Part shown: positions 26,881-27,069 of the stretch, one piece after another
Position numbering within the stretch: position 1 is the stretch's first letter
Layout: each line of letters opens with the position of its first letter
Origin: Calditrichia bacterium
GTDB taxonomy: Bacteria; Calditrichota; Calditrichia; RBG-13-44-9; J075
DNA length: 27,069 nt
Direction of reading: 5' to 3'
NCBI GenBank assembly: GCA_050633245.1
Contig: JBOEGD010000036.1
Coordinates: 50,050 to 77,118, forward strand
The notes under the pieces: generated by a model
What the model was told of the DNA's origin: nothing
The model's input: the letters and a program-made list of their open reading frames with translations, nothing else
The model's database searches: none
Translations under genes and position numbers: made by a program

Positions 26881-27069
26881 TAAGGATTAACATGGATGAA
26901 TACGATGAATCAATATGAAAAACATGGCTGAACAGGAGACATGATATGGATCGACGACGGAAATGAACATGGATGGACGGGAGACATGATATGGATCGAC
27001 GACGGAAATGAACATGGATGAAGAGGAGAATGAACAGGATGATGAATATGGATGAACAGGATGATTTAA
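26881..27069. repeat. Purine-rich short-period repeat tract containing an exact 41-bp direct repeat
   Basis: GGAGACATGATATGGATCGACGACGGAAATGAACATGGATG at 26935-26975 and 26980-27020 (period 45), embedded in degenerate AACA(T)GGATG-type units that continue to the window edge. Confidence 0.85.

Noticed and set aside
26935-27020. Possible CRISPR array
   Set aside because: Only two copies separated by 4 nt, with no unique spacers and no cas genes; this is a tandem duplication.

Overview
Bacterial genomic window with no rRNA, tRNA, CRISPR array or transposase recognised. The gene styles (FlgD-Ig/T9SS-like C-terminal tail, DUF5683-like and DUF2911 proteins, large triheme-repeat cytochromes) suggest an FCB-group or Calditrichota-like diderm; this is inference only. 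From left to right: (1) A minus-strand operon encoding a His-rich cytochrome-b/ferric-reductase-like membrane protein, a 20-heme cytochrome c and a second cytochrome with at least 16 hemes. The second cytochrome runs off the left edge and is absent from the ORF track; I translated it by hand. A sigma54-like -24/-12 element and phased GTGCA dyads precede the operon. (2) A divergent, tightly packed five-gene cluster encoding a lipoprotein, a GAF-AAA+-HTH sigma54 enhancer-binding protein, a secreted Kelch propeller with an FlgD/T9SS-type tail, a membrane Ser/Thr kinase with PEGA domains and a TPR/DUF5683-like envelope protein. This is the best candidate for an undescribed trans-envelope signalling system, possibly controlling the cytochrome operon. 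(3) A BNR propeller plus MoaD/ThiS ubiquitin-like pair, a GH63-like glycosidase lipoprotein and a DUF4288-like gene. (4) A sodium:solute symporter, a secreted amidohydrolase and a Kv-beta-like aldo/keto reductase. (5) A tal-pgi fusion, zwf and a DUF2911-TPR gene. (6) An ECF sigma, ZAS anti-sigma and PDZ-only protein operon with a candidate autoregulated promoter, followed by a short-period repeat tract at the right edge.
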